Shown here piece after piece: positions 23,202 through 37,600 of a stretch of DNA of 64,000 nucleotides. The position numbers were made by a program, and so were the translations under genes. The first letter of the stretch is position 1; every line of letters begins with the position of its first letter. The notes under the pieces were generated by a model. It made no database searches, was not told where the DNA came from, and worked only from the letters and a program-made list of their open reading frames with translations. This stretch comes from Trichosphaerium sp. ATCC 40318 (lineage: Eukaryota; Protista; Tubulinea): contig JALMLS010000376.1 in assembly GCA_038496445.1 (NCBI GenBank), positions 186,001-250,000 on the forward strand, in the 5' to 3' direction.

Positions 23202-25019
23202 TCAAGGAGTACAAGTAGCACCACGAAGGTGAGGGATTAAGTACTTCATTTGAGGAGCATCTTGTCCGTTTGTTGGGTCCAAAGCGAAAATGTAATTGCC
23301 TACAAATTGTACTAGTAAGAAAAAAACAGAATTTGTCTAAAAAAGTGCTTTGAACTTAACAAAATTGTCCTTTTCTAATTTTACAGTTACGTACCCCACC
23401 ATGGACCACCGCCCCACCAAGACCATCCAAGGTAGACATCACTATAGGTAAAATAAGATGACATACAACAGAAAAAAGTTTGATAACAGTTTAGTTCTTG
23501 ACGCACGTGTTTTGATCAATGTAGTTGAGCATATCAGTAATAGCATCGTAGCATACTGAGTTAGCACCACCTAAGAGAAAAGTATCAATAATGCTGCCAA
23601 TAAAAACAAGACGATAATCAAACCAAAAAAATAAACACTTACCAGCCCATTCAGCGACTATGGCTTTAACGTTGTTTTTCTTTGCCCATGCCGTGAAAGC
23701 AGCAAGTTTTTGGCTTCCTACTGTACCAGAAACACATTGCTAAAATAGAGTCTATGAGCAACATGTCGAAAAAAGTAAACAAAGCTTTGGGATAAACATA
23801 AAAGAGTTCGTACAGCGTGAGTGCCGGAATTATCACTATCAAGGTATTGGTGGACCTCAATGACGTAGTTATTTCCTGGATCTTTGATACCAGTCATCAC
23901 ATCAGCGTTAGGGGTACCATACCAGTTTTGCATCCAAGACCTTTCAAAAAAAAAAAGTTAGATGTTATTGTCACAGTGCTTCAACCCTACAGCAATATAC
24001 ATACCATGCGCCTGTCCAAGCATTACCTGGAACTGTGATTAGGTTGTTTGCACCAGCGCCTCTGATAGCGGCAATTGCTGCGTTGGCGTCGCTGAGCCAA
24101 AGTTCTGTTTTCATTGTGTTTGGTTCGTTCATTAGACCAAATATAACCTGGAAGAAAAAACCGGTCGTAAGAGGTTGTTACGATTTGTATTGATTAAAAT
24201 CGTACCTTGTTGTTGTTTCCGTAGCGTTTTGCCAACATTGTCCAATAATTAGCAAAGGCAGAGGCAGGTACGCCGTCACCAATAACTTACGAAAAAAAAT
24301 TAACCATCACGTGATTGTCGGCTATGTTGCCGCTTTATTACCTTGTTTGTAGTACCTAAAAGCAACAAGTAAGAAAGAGAAGTAAGTATTACAGGCGTAC
24401 CGAGCGTAGTTATGAGGATCTAGAAGAACGTGGGCGCCTTTTCCCTTCAGGATTTGTAAGAAAGAAAAAAAAAAAAGAAGGTTCTTACAGTTGCGTAATT
24501 GATGAAAGCATCAGCTTTGCTCATGTACGTTTCATTAAAAGGACCATTGGCTGTTCCTTGGCTACGCTCCCACAATATTGGGAACCGGAAGTAATTCATA
24601 CCCTACAATGACAGGTTAACTAACAAGACTACACTAGCGCGAAGGTGACAGTTCGAAAAAAACAGGTGTTGTTTCACACTGCGAAAAACTTTTGTACTCA
24701 TCACGTGGGTAAGTTAACGAGTAATTTTCGCCATCGATTTCATGTTGTTTTAAAAAATACATTGCTGTGTAGGTACAGCGTACGTAAATAGTAATTTTGG
24801 TGTAAACGCGGCTGAGATCCAAATTGTAAAGTAAAAATCAAATTATTTTACCTTGGTCATGTAATAATCAACTTCTGAGTTCTCTGGGAAGGTATAATCT
24901 TTTCCATAGCGACCAGGTATTGCTGAACCGAATTCAGCGCCACTTAGGTTAACACCAGTAAGACAAGTGGAAGCAAAAGTATACGCGCATAAGCAAGACA
25001 ATAGAAATAAGCCTCGCAT
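23202..25019 (-). CDS. Secreted GH5 endo-beta-1,4-glucanase (GH5_5-like)
   Basis: Signal peptide; [40 protein letters not shown] (acid/base), [17 protein letters not shown] (nucleophile), [10 protein letters not shown]. Confidence 0.92.
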
Positions 25020-25422
25020 CGTTGTTAAAGCTGCAGTTTTTGCTAAATACTGTCAACAAACACAAGACTTAACAACTGTGTTTGTATCGCACATACTAAC
25101 CTTTCTTTGTAAATTTCATCGCTTGGAGGGTATTTAATAAGGTGTAATACACCATTATAACAAAACAAAGCTTGGGTTTTTGTTTGTGGTGTTTTCTTTA
25201 TCTGTACATATATCTACAATCGTTTTTCTATTACAAAATGATGCAATGAGTAGTATTAAACATAGGGGGCTTGCGTTTTAACAGTTTTTTTTGCGTTTTT
25301 TTTTCTTATTCGTAAAAAACACGTCGCTGGTTATTTGCTGCTTTAATACTCAAATGAAACGGAGAGGAATAGAATATTCTCCGTACCAGTAGAGTAAAAA
25401 GGATTTTTTGCCCAAAAAAGCG

Positions 25423-28400
25423 TTATTTTAGGTCTATAACCATACACGTGATATTATCTGTACTTCCAAGCATGTAAGCAATATCACGTAACATTGATGC
25501 ACAAGAAGCGTATGAACCTAAACACGAAACATGTGAGTCAATACCAACAACACAAAAAAAGAGCGAAGCTTCAGAAAAAATAAAAGCTCAACGCTTTTTC
25601 CACACGTGTCACTATTCGCTTTAGTCTTACCTTTAGCTTTTCTATATTCTCGAACTAAATCTACAGCTGTTTGATTAGATACAACGTCCCATAAACCGTC
25701 ACAAGCAAGAATAATAAACTCATCACTACTAGTAAGCTTCTTTGATATTATTGTAGGTTCAGACGAAATAAAAGGCGTAAAATCTTTGTCACCTGTAAAA
25801 TAACTTAGCACCAAAACACACGTGTTTTCGAGATTCAAGCCCAGATTTTCTTAGTCTGCTGGGTTTTTTTTATAGTGTACCTATGGCTCTAGCAACAGCA
25901 ATGCCTTGAAGGTTCTCCATTGAGCTAGTATCCAAGCGAGGATAAACACGCTCAGATGTGGATATATAACCACCAAGCCTTTGAATACGTAGTCTCTCAT
26001 TTGCATTATACGGTTTGTGATCCATAGTGCATACATCAGCTTTACCTTTTACGCTAAAAGAAAACAGCATTAGGACAACTTGAAAGCTACCTTTTGTTCG
26101 CGCCCTATTTACCTTACAACACCACGTGCATCACCAACATGAGCAAGCCATAAACGTTCCATGTAAATCATACAGAATACTGCCGTACAACCCGATTCAA
26201 TCTTATGTTCAAACAAATCCTATGCGGTGAAGGTTAATGATTTAATGGTTCTGCGGTTTTTTGTATACCTGCGTGAGCTCTTCACAAGTACGTTTGAGCC
26301 CTTTGTAAATATCTTTCTTGGTAAACTGTGCTTTAAGTGGAACATCACCAGAATCATTACACAGTATTTTTCGTAGCTTTTTATGAAATCTAGTCGCACA
26401 AAACTCGGCTGCCTTGCTATCTAAACACGTAATAATATTAACAAAACAAAAAAACAAAAGAAGTGTCTGCGACTTACCTTTATGTCCATCAAAGACAGCA
26501 TAAAATTGAACACCGTCAATATCCAAATCAGAAATAGTCTAAGGGCATCGATTAGTTTATGATCGACGAAGGATTTTTCGCACCATTGTATCTTCCATCG
26601 TAGGTCTTATACCTTTCATTTCGGATACATAACACTTTAATACTTTTTTAAGAGGCTTCGTAGATACGCTTATAGTAGATCCTTGAGCTTTTGATACAGG
26701 TGACTTTGATACTGATTGTGATGCGTATATACCAGGTGTAACATCCACAATAGACTCATAACGCTGTGATAAATGTTCTATAGGATTACCAAATAGTGTG
26801 AGCCAAGCAAGTCCTGACAAGCCATCACTGAAGAAAGGCATTGTTCGTAAATTACAAAAATGAAGCTTTAGATGTCTTAGCTTAGCCATTTGTGCTATAT
26901 CCAGTGATATTTCTGACAGCTTGCTATTAGCAGATATATCAAGTATTGTTAATGATGTCATTTTGCATAATGATGAAGGAATAATTGCTATATCGTTATG
27001 AGAGAGATCAAGTTCTTCAAGCGTTAAGCATCCAAGTTCTGGTGGTATTTCTTTGATTCTGTTGTGACCCAAAAATAGGGTTGATAATTTAGTTAGACGT
27101 GATATACCAGGTGGTATAGACACAATCTTATTAGAAGGAGCCCAAAGGCTCTAAAAAAAGACGATAAGAAAGATAGCAAAGGTAAGAAAAAAGAAGGAAT
27201 CAAAATGTCAAAATTAAAAAAGTGACACATTGTGACACTTCGGTGGTTTTTTTTTTGAACCAAAAAGGACGTACTTCTAGTTGTGGTAGTTCAAATAATA
27301 CATCAGGTAATTCACGAAGTTTATTACCACTTAGATTAACCTCTCTAAGGAAAAACAACTTGTCGACCTTTTGTGTAAACTCCATAATCTTATTGTATCC
27401 CAAATATAATTTCCGCAATGAAGTCAAATTACTCACTCTAAAAATAATGGTTAATCCCCTTTAAACACTCAACAACGACATAAAAGAGCGAAATAAGCAA
27501 TAGTAGCGAATAATCTTATAATGCATACGCTGGAACTTCTGAGAGACAATTAGAGCAAAGATTTAAATCATGTAATGAGCCATGCTCAACAAACTTATCA
27601 ATTATATCATCAGGTATCTCTAAACACATTTGAGAAAAAATACTAAAGAATTTACAATCAAAAAAAAATTCGTGAGGTTACCTTTTAGAGCATTGAAAAC
27701 GCAGTTGAGCGAAGCCAACTTTCTATTTAATTTAGTTTAATGGTAGATTGAATATATGTAAATAGTACCGTAGATTTCCTATACCACTTGGAATAGCAAT
27801 AAGGTAATTATCACTTATTGTCAACTAAGGAATAATCGCGTAAGAAATTATTTACTTTTATCTTTCATTTCAGGTACCTTCTCCATTATTGTCAGTTGAA
27901 ATAGCTCGTCAGGTAGTTTTTTTAGTTGATTTCTAGTTACATTAAGTTCTTTCAGTCGTAATAATCCGCCTATGGCTTCAGGTAACTCATCAAGTGCATT
28001 GTTAGCCAAGTTAAGTTTTTCTAATCGCGTTAAGTGGCGAATCTCATCAGGCAGGCCGCGCAGTGCGTTGTTGCGTAGGTCAAGCACAAGAAGAGACGAT
28101 AGACCACCTATAGAAGCCGGTAATCTCATTATACGGTTGAAAGGAAGTTCCAAGTGATTAAGGGATATCAGACTCGATAAATTCTCTGGGAGTGCACCTA
28201 ATGCATTGTGCGAAGCAACAAATACTTTAAGTTTTGGACTATTACAAAGTGATAATGGGAGCGATCTTAGTCGATTAAAACTAAGAAAAATACGCTCCAT
28301 CAAAGGGCACGAGAAATTATCAACAAGCTACAAAGAGAGTGTCAAAAATACAAAAAAAAACAATCAAAAAAAATGTTGTGACTGCAGAGTAGTTTTTTTT

Positions 28401-29337
28401 TTAATTTTTCGACCTGAAGCACGTGTATCTCAACAAAATAAAGTAGTGGATAGGTGAATGCAATAAATTGATTTTTTTGTAAGTGACTAGGGTCAACATA
28501 TTAAAAAGAAAAAGATCACGTTTTTAATCGAGATAATTGTTGTGTACTGAGTGCGCCGATAGCAGTACGATAGACTGATAAAGATACGAAGCGAGATACG
28601 TACACGAGTTAAGAAATTATGTTGCATGTATAAACCTTGAAGTGAGGCAAATGATTTTCCAAAGTGACTAGGGAGCGAAGCAAGCTTCACAAAGATTTAG
28701 CAATCGGTGTTTAATTTATTATGTAATTAGCATACAAAAATAATGTACCTGGTTATGGTGTAGCCTTAGCTGCTTCGTCTGCGCAAGGTTTGGTAGAGCT
28801 GTAACGTCACATAATAAGTTTGAAGATAAGTCTACTGTCACAAGGTTTGTTAACGCAGAGAAACCATTTGGGAGTCGCGTCAGTTGGTTACTCTTGATTT
28901 AGCTGAGTAAGTGAAATAATAACTGCTAATTCGCGTACCTGTAATTCCAAGCGAGCCAAACGTGTTAATGCACCTGATTCAAAGTTAATTTAACAAAGCA
29001 CCTTTTACATCCACGAGCCTATATCCTCAGTCATATCCTGCAAATAGTTCCAAGGAAGGCTGAGATACTTCAGTTCAGTCAACAGCGCGATGGAACTCGG
29101 GATCTGCACCAAACGGTTTCGCTCCATTTCCAAACAAACCAGGGGTAAATTAGAAAGCTGTTTGAGGGGAATTTGGCTAAATTGATTGTCATTTAGCGTT
29201 ACTTTAGTGTATTCCCTTGTAGTTTCTTTTTTGTAATCTTTTAGAGTTTTTAGGCCGCTACGGTTAAGATTGAGCACAATAAACCTCCCTCCATGCCCAG
29301 CAGGAGGATTTTGTTCGCTACCAGGTTTTTGACCCAT
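25423..29337 (-). CDS. Leucine-rich repeat + PP2C (PPM) phosphatase
   Basis: Long LxxLxLxxNxL array followed by RPTMEDT, VFDGH, AHVGDAR, DHKP, VARAIGD, ILACDGLWD, GSTDNIT. Confidence 0.92.
28974..29018 (-). other. GC-AG intron (LRR-PP2C gene)
   Basis: ATAG|gctcgt...aatcag|GT restores the LRR EDIGALTRLARLEL; downstream GT donors have the wrong phase. Confidence 0.8.
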
Positions 29338-29531
29338 TTGCAACTAGTACGCATGTCGCATGCCCTGTAGAATCATTTGTACAATAAATGGGGACAATGA
29401 ATCTAAGAATACTTATTCACAAATGGCAAGCCAGCTTAAACAACCAAAAGCGGGTATACTTCGAATACTGTAAAATAATAGAATATACATTGTTTTTCTT
29501 GTAGTTTGGATGTCCCTTTACAATTTTTTTT

Positions 29532-31225
29532 TTACGCGTTAATAACTCTGCCATTGTATTCATCCAAAAAAGGAGACTTTTCGATGTCTTCGCTGTCTGC
29601 AGAGTAGTAGTTTTGTCTTGTTGTTATGGTGCTATTTGTACGTCGTTTTCTTTTTCTGCAATTTGCGTAAATTGTTGTTACTATGCCGCATACTATAACA
29701 ATGCAGATGACGGAACTGCATCCAATAACAGCGTAAAAAGTAAGAGAACCAACAAAAGGTTTTTGAAACTGAGAAGAGTGTTCACTTGTGAACTGTGGTG
29801 ACAAGGTATCTAAAGAGATGAGTCATTAGACACTATGGTAGGTAATATATGAGGAGAAGAGCGTACTGTTGTTCTTATCAAAAGCTAGCACTTCTGAAAA
29901 AAAGTTCAAGATTTCATCATCAAAGTATGGCGAATAAAGCTCTTGCATGTCTTCCTTGATACCGTAAGAATTCAAACCACATACAATGTTTCCTTCATTG
30001 TCATTTCCAATGTCTATTTCGTAGATCCAAGGGCCACCTGTTGTAAAATACAACGATGAGTTTTTCAATAGTTTTGTTAGGTTTCGCATTTACCTGAACA
30101 TCCACGTGTTTGCGTGGTATGTATGTATATAGTAGGTGGAAAAAAGTTACCACAACATTCAGTCTTTGAGTATGACTCAACCATTGTTGCACCACCCCAG
30201 TTCTTTACAGGGTATCCTAATACATAATCAAAACAACAACAAAAAAACCAATTGAAAGATATTACGAACCTAATGAAGTGGCGAAACTCTGGCTGTTGCC
30301 AAAACGTGAGTGCGAGAAGCAGTTGGAACCTAACTTTAGTGTGCCAACAAGGTCACCAATATGCTTTCCTTTCTTATTAGGCTATTAAGTAGTGAGTTCT
30401 CCTGGATTCTATTTGGCTATATGAACATACTAGCAAGCGCACAAAGGCGACGTCTCTTCCTGAATGGTGGTTTTGGAAGAAGTCTGTAAATGTGAAAAGT
30501 TCTTCAGCTTCGAATTCTCCATAAGAGGATGATCCATGGTAATACTCTGGGGCAAATACCCAGTCGGTCATCCATACTTTCTTGTTTCCTGGATTACCTG
30601 ACAAAAACATAGTTAGTAATCGAATACAAGAAGTGTTTAACAACAAGTACCATCTGGACCTATTCCACCATTGGAAACGCAATGTCCTGCAGTGATGATA
30701 GTATCTCTGTCCACAACAGAAGCACTGTTGATGAAAAAAGTTAAAAACTTGTAAAATCCGAAAGAAATTTTTTTTTATCATTTTTAACTCACGTGCAAAC
30801 GTATTCTTTTCCATCAAGTGGGTCAACAAAGAATACCTTACCAGTCTATTACGCATTAGAAAAGAAAAAAAAAACAAACATGAATGCCGCTTTAATCGAA
30901 AAACTCACTTGGCGATACGGCGTTTTGCTATAATCTCCAGACTGGTATGAAACGCGTGAGGTTCCCGGTTCTGGTATTCCTACGCTCCGGCGTTCCTTTG
31001 TTGTTGTGTGTGTATTTTCTGGACCTACTGGTTTGTGACCAGCTTCTTCACGAGACAATACGAGGTCTCGGGGTATTGCACGAGCTCTGTTATACTGTTA
31101 ATCAAAAATGTAAAACCGGTAAATCGACCGTATTTTACTTACTTCCGCTCTTTAGTCCATGGAGCTGCATAAACGCTCAATGCAAGTAATAGTGTGGGTA
31201 AGATGAGTGCTAACAATTTCACCAT
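29532..31225 (-). CDS. Trypsin-like (S1, bacterial V8-like type) serine protease with signal peptide and C-terminal TM anchor
   Basis: TGKVFF...YVCTASVV...ITAGHC (His), GRDVAFV (Asp), GCSGGPW (Ser); TM FYAVIGCSSVICIVIVCGIVTTIY followed by RKRKRR. Confidence 0.85.
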
Positions 31226-31620
31226 TGTATTTTGTTCCTGTTTGTATTGTGCTTGGCGTAAACCAAGGTGTCAGGGTGAGTGGTGGTTGCGTGGTGTGCT
31301 GTGTAAGAAATTGAACAAACGCTGCGCAGTTTTTTAAACTCTATCCCTATGTTTTGTATTGTATGCGCCTGTTGAATGCACTAATAAGCGTGAAACTGAC
31401 TTGACTGCTGTTTGCTGAATTCTGCAACTAACGAGGGTGCACAAAGGTCAAACAATTGTATTAACGCACAAAAAGGAGAAAAACGAGTTTAAACGTTCAC
31501 AAGTATTCACGAATAACCTTTTATGCTTTTTGATCAACAAAGGTGATATTTAGAGTCAAGTGTGTTAATAGAATGATCCCAAACACATATTTGAAAAAAA
31601 GTCTCCTCTCACTGGTTCAA

Positions 31621-34260
31621 TCATGAATTTTGTTGAAGTACTTTACCGACTGTTTGTAGCGTTTTCGCAATTGTTAAAACATCTGCGAGACTTGGATCAT
31701 CTGCAATGCATACTTCTATAGCATCGACATGCTTTCTCAAGTGATGACCTTTGTTTTATATTATTTCAGGTGCACGTGAAGATTTTGCTTGTTTTGGTTG
31801 TTTTTTCTTTTCGAAAAGGCGTACACATAGTGATGGATAGCATTTTGAATTTTCCAAGTTGACTCAATTTTGTTGAAGGGTTTGTTTTTGATTTTGTCAC
31901 TGTAAGCAAACTCTTTAATTTATCGAATTCCTAAGGTATTTTAAGCACTGAGTTTGGATTTTTATTTCTGAAATTCTGAACTTACCTGTTTCAATGCACT
32001 GAGTACTTTCATTACCTCAATGGACTATAAGTATACAACTTTACAAGAATAAACGTACAGGAACAATACCAGATGCAGACTTAACACTGTACAATGACGG
32101 TGAGAGATGACAAAGAAGTATAGACGTACCTTCCAATTTTCTAAATGAAATTATTAGTGATGACTTTTTTTTGGGGAATACCTACGTGATAAAACATGAC
32201 AAAACGTGGCTTTATTACAGCGCATGTTTGAAGTATTGATGATTTTATAGCATCAGTCTTTCTTGCTTCTGCTGTTCGTTCTTTTAGTTGTTTTGCTGAC
32301 ATTGGGAGCATTGTCTTGGATTCAATATGAGTTACTTCTAAAAAAAAACGAAATGAAAAGAAAACCATTTTTACATACTTGAACTCTTCTCTTTTCGCCA
32401 TATTTAATCCGTTGCTCAACCGATGAACGTTGAGGTGGAAGATTTATTACAGCTTTCCGCTTATTTTCGGGAATGTTTCCATTGTATATTAAACAGAATT
32501 GCTTTGGAGTACATCGCTAAAACGCAAAACGTGAATTTAATTCTTTCTTGGTTTTTTCCGTGCCTTTTTCATAAATGGGTGTGCAAGCAGTCGTGTTGAA
32601 TCTGGTCTCTGTTCATGATTCTTTACCAAACAACCTAAGTTATTGAGTATTAATCTAAATCATAATTATATTGTACATCCAAGAAAGTGAATAAATTCTC
32701 CAGACCACTTAGCAGGATTATTCATTTTTGGAACACCCTAAGAATTCTTCTCAAAAACTTTTCAAAACTGGATAGTGACTACCTCAAGTACTATCATACG
32801 CATAACGTCTAAATAAAATTCAATTAAGAAGTGCTATTTGGGAATACTGTGGGTACCTATCGGAGCATGATGCAGATATGGAGGCTAACAAAGATTTAGA
32901 ACTTCAAATACAAATAAATACTAAAATTATTTACCTCTCCTTCCGCACATTCACGTGCTGTTATACCTAGACTCCAAATATCTACTTTGAAGTTGTACCC
33001 AGCTCCTTTTATTACTGTTGCAATATTAGGTTTACCAATTTTGGAAGAGTAGATTAATCTGTTTGAAGTTACCTTCTGGCGCCATCCAGCAAGGTGTTCC
33101 TACCACTGTTCGTCTCATTTCACCCCTGATTTAAATTGTCAAATGGTTGTACGCTAAACTCGCATCACCTCTCCTGTAACTGAGCGGCCAACCCAAAATC
33201 AGCTTAATTTGAAAAAGTTAGTACTTGTTTTAATATTAGAGAACATGGCTCGTACTTATTTTAACTTGACCGTTCGTTTTTAGCAATATCTGCGACTTGT
33301 AAGTACATTGTATTTTTTCACATTTTCTTGTACATTGTCACTTTTGAGGTCCCTTTTCAAATAAGACGGTTTGAACACAACAAAAAAGGCTTACCTGTGA
33401 ATACGAGAAGACTTATGAAGATAGTTGAGCCCCTTTAACACCTACCCGAACGTACCAGTTATTAAATTACCCAAAATGGATTATGCCACGTACTTCGTTA
33501 CACATGTACGCTATTTGAGGTTCTATAAAGTAGTTGTAGTAAGAATACTGTTACCTACAAAAAGCACAATTTTGAGTGCTGACCACAACCCGCTTACCCC
33601 TCAATAATATACCGTCCATTAGATAGTCGGCCAATGACCCTAAAGGCAATGATGTAATGTGACGTCGCTTTTCGTTTTACCTTTGTCCATTAATCTAAAA
33701 AAACACTTAGACTGTTTATTATCACGTGATTTTGTTGTCAAGCGCAAACATTTTAAAAATGGGTTTGTCTATTTTTTTTTGCTTTTCTACGTACTCCATA
33801 ACTATCCACAAGAGCGTATCAGTTCCAACAAAGCAATCCAAGAACATTGCAACTAGTAGTGGTCAGCATTAAAAGAAATTATGTTACTTTTTTCTTAATA
33901 GCCCATTAATATACGTGCCGTTAGCGTGTACAGACGCTTGCATAATCTGTATCTCGGCTAGTATGTGTTGGTTACACGTTGACGAAACAATAAATCAAAC
34001 TACCTTTTATGTATTTGAAGTCCTCATCACTAAGCTGTACTTTCTTTATTGCGACTCTTTGGCTGGTTTTGACATGTGTCGCTTGGTAAACTTGTCTAAA
34101 TTACGTTACCTGAGTAAACCATTGCTCTACAAGCGAAAGAACAACGGTTTGTTCCGGAGATACGCCACAGGCGGTAATTGTGTACATACCCTGCTGATCC
34201 TTCCCCAAGAAACTTCAAACTGCTGTAGTTCCCTTCCCTGCTTGGTGGTGGCCGGCTCAT
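31621..34260 (-). CDS. STE20/PAK-like Ser/Thr kinase with an unknown C-terminal helical region
   Basis: Spliced GEGSAGQVY, VAIKKV, WIVMELMDKGSL, RIHRDLKSDNILL, DFGLAAQL, VGTPCWMAPE, DIWSLGI, EGEPPY, HPFMKK. Almost absent from the ORF track because the exons are tiny. Confidence 0.9.
32517..32563 (-). other. GC-AG intron (kinase gene)
   Basis: AAG|gcacgg...ttttag|CGA gives HPFMKKRCTPKQF; read-through stops before any GT. Confidence 0.7.
33853..33918 (-). other. GC-AG intron (kinase gene)
   Basis: AACG|gcacgt...actag|TT restores HANVAMFLDCF (subdomain IV); GT alternatives have the wrong phase. Confidence 0.8.
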
Positions 34261-34619
34261 CTTTGTTTCAACCCAAAAAACCCAAAACTACGAAAATTAC
34301 AAGTTTTCCGGCTGTAGCTTAATTTGTTGACGCTTATTGTTTTTCATACCTTACGCACTTGCCATAATCAAGTCGTGTCGCGCTAACATACACAAATTAT
34401 ACACTTGGTTTTGCTAAGTTTACGCCAACGTACGCTTTCAGGCTTTTTTTTATTAAATTACTGCTGCGTGAAGCATTTTTTCCCGCGTTTAGTTACTGCT
34501 GGGTATCTTTGCGTTGCGTTCTTACATCATAAAAGTACAAGGCGCCTATTTTAGAACAAACACTAATTATCGGAATAGATAGACACTAAAACGAACTGAG
34601 GACCGTTTTTAATTAAAAA

Positions 34620-37600
34620 ATGGCCGACGTACCAGAAGGTAAGGATATCCAAGCTGTTTATAAAACGTTTATCTAATAAAGACAAAAAGATGGCGTCGAC
34701 GATATGCTTAAGCTCCCAGAGCTCACTACAGATGTTCTACTTGCAAACCTGACGAAACGTTATGTTAAGGACAACATTTATACCTTTGTTGGGCCTATAG
34801 TCGTTGCTATGAACCCTTTTAAACGTATGTAGACTGCATCAAGTGTTTATTAATAGGAATACACAGGAATGCAACTATACACCCAAGAGTGGATGGAAAA
34901 ATACACAGGAAAGCCTTTGGGATCTTGTGCACCACATATATTTGCTTTAGCGGATGCTTCGTATCAAAATATGATAGACGAAGGGCGTTCGCAGTCTGTA
35001 CTTATTTCAGGCGAATCTGGTGCGTTACAGTGACACTTTAAAATATCTTGCTTACTCATTCTCAAAAAAGGCGCCGGGAAAACGGAATCTGCTAAAATTG
35101 TAATGAAATACCTATCGTACAGAGGAGGACAAGAAGGCAAAGGAAAAAAAATAGCAGATCAAATTCAACTGACCAATCCTATTCTGGAAGCGTTTGGTAT
35201 GTCTGATCGCGAAGTACAATAGTTCTAATGCATAATGAAGGTAATGCAAAGACGTTGAGGAACAACAACTCCAGTCGTTTCGGAAAATTTACACGAACAC
35301 AGTTTAACTCTGCTGGTCACCTTACTGGCGCATCTATTACCAATTGTACGACTAAACTTGGCGGTTTTAATCACTTACAAACCGTTACAAAGATTTGTTG
35401 GAAAAATCAAGAGTTACAACTCAAGGAAAGAGTGAGCGTAGTTTCCACGTGTTTTATCAACTACTTGCTGGTGCTGATGAGCAACAAAAGTACTATAAAC
35501 AATACAAACGAGTTTGGCTAACAACCTCTTTTAGGGAATGGTATAAACTCACTGACCCAGGCGATTATAATTATTTGAACACTTGTGATTGCTACACCAT
35601 TGATGGCGTTGATGATGCCGCTGATTTTGCAATTGTAAGCGTTTTTGGGGTTTTTTTTTGGGAAATCAGAATATTTTATTTACGCGATCACAGGTCCGAA
35701 GTGCTATGGCGGGTATTGGTATTACTGATGAAGAACAAGAAACAATATGGCGTGTTGTTTCTGCAGTAATGCATCTCGGTACGTACCAGTGAAGCTTGTT
35801 AATTGTAATTTTTGTAAAAGGTAACGTAAAAATTGGTTCAAAGGGAGACGACGCCACGATTGAAAACCCAGAGCAGATAGAATTCGTCACATACTTGTTA
35901 AGAGTTGATCAACCAGCCTTGGTCGACTCAATACTATTCAGAAAGAACAGTATCGCAGGAGAGATATTCAGAGTACCTTATACTGTAGAACAAGTGCGTG
36001 GCATTTGAAAATCAACGGATCATAACGGATTAATTTCTCCTGACTCACTATTGTAGGCAAATGATATTAAAGACGCCTTGGCAAAGTCATTGTATAGTAG
36101 GCTATTCGATTGGCTTGTGTACAAAATTAATAGTACAATGCATGAGCCAGACGTAAGTTCGAAAGATTTTTTATTAAATGGCCCCTTAACAGTCATTAAG
36201 TGTCTGTTTTTTTTTAGGCTCCTTTGTTTATTGGTTTATTGGATATCTTTGGATTCGAGGATTTCGAATACAACGGATTTGAACAATTCAATATCAACTT
36301 CGCTAATGAGAAGCTTCAACAACATTACAATCAACACACGTTTAAAGTGAGTTTCATGCTTTTTTACTTGTGTGTACAAAAGGTTCTAACTTGTTTATCA
36401 TCATAGTGGGAGATTGAAGATGCCAAAAAAGAAGGCATTGATTACTCCGCTGTAAAATTTGTAGATAATCAAACGTGTCTTGATTTGGTTGAGAAGGTAC
36501 GCTTTTCATTTCGTTTCAGTAAGTCTAGTATTCACTTTATTGGTTTATAGCCACCTTTGAGTATTGTTTCTTTGTTGAATGAGGAATGTAATTTCCCTCG
36601 TGGTACAGACGAAACATTTGTTACAAAAACAAATGGTATACATGCAAAGACAGGTGATTATTGTGTTTCTCGTTTGAGAAAGAATAAGGAATTTGGTGTT
36701 AAGCATTACGCTGGAGAGGTATGTCCTTCTTCACTTGGTCGTTCTGTTACTAATAGGAAAAACAAAGGTTTGGTATAAAATTGATGGTATCCTAAATAAG
36801 AACAGAGATACTCTTAAAGATGAGCTCGTAGAGCTCTGTGAAGCTAGTCAAGATGAGTTTATAAGTACTTTGCTTAAAAAAGCAAAGTTGGTCAGAGGTA
36901 AACCTATTACAGTCGCTACTTCGTTCAAGGTACAATGTCATCGAGAAGAAATACTATTTGGCTAATAGTATTAATTTAGACGCAATTAACGGTTCTAATG
37001 AACCTACTAAACACAACCAATCCTTTCTGGATAAGGTGTATTAAACCGAATGCCAAGTCCCAAGCAGGTGATGCTGATGCTGCTTATGTTACACCTCAGC
37101 TGCGATGCGCAGGTACCTTTAAAAACTACTGTTAACTTCAGGGATGACGCTTAAGTTTTAACTTAGGTGTTCTTGAAACTATTAAAATTCGACAACAAGG
37201 TTACCCTTGTCGTATGCCTATTGAGGAATTCGCATATTTGTACGTAACTGTTGGTTGTTGTAGTGTCTTCTAACTACTAAAATTCAGGTTCCGTGTATTG
37301 GCTCAAGGCTCAGGAAAGTTTGAACCGAAAGAGGCAGCAAACTTTATCACAACTGAACTTGCTCTTGAAAAAGTAAGAACTTCTTATCTTCTTTATTTTT
37401 GAATGATTATTGACCTCCTTTTAAGGAACATTGTCAAGTTGGACAAACAAAGGTGTTTATGCGTGAGAAACTAAGGAATTCAATGATGAAACAAAGATCA
37501 GAAAAGTTGCATGTACCAGCAACATTAATGCAAAAAACATGGCGTGGATATATTGCCAGAAAAAAATTCAGATTGTTTAAAGCTGTTGTTAAGTCTCAGA

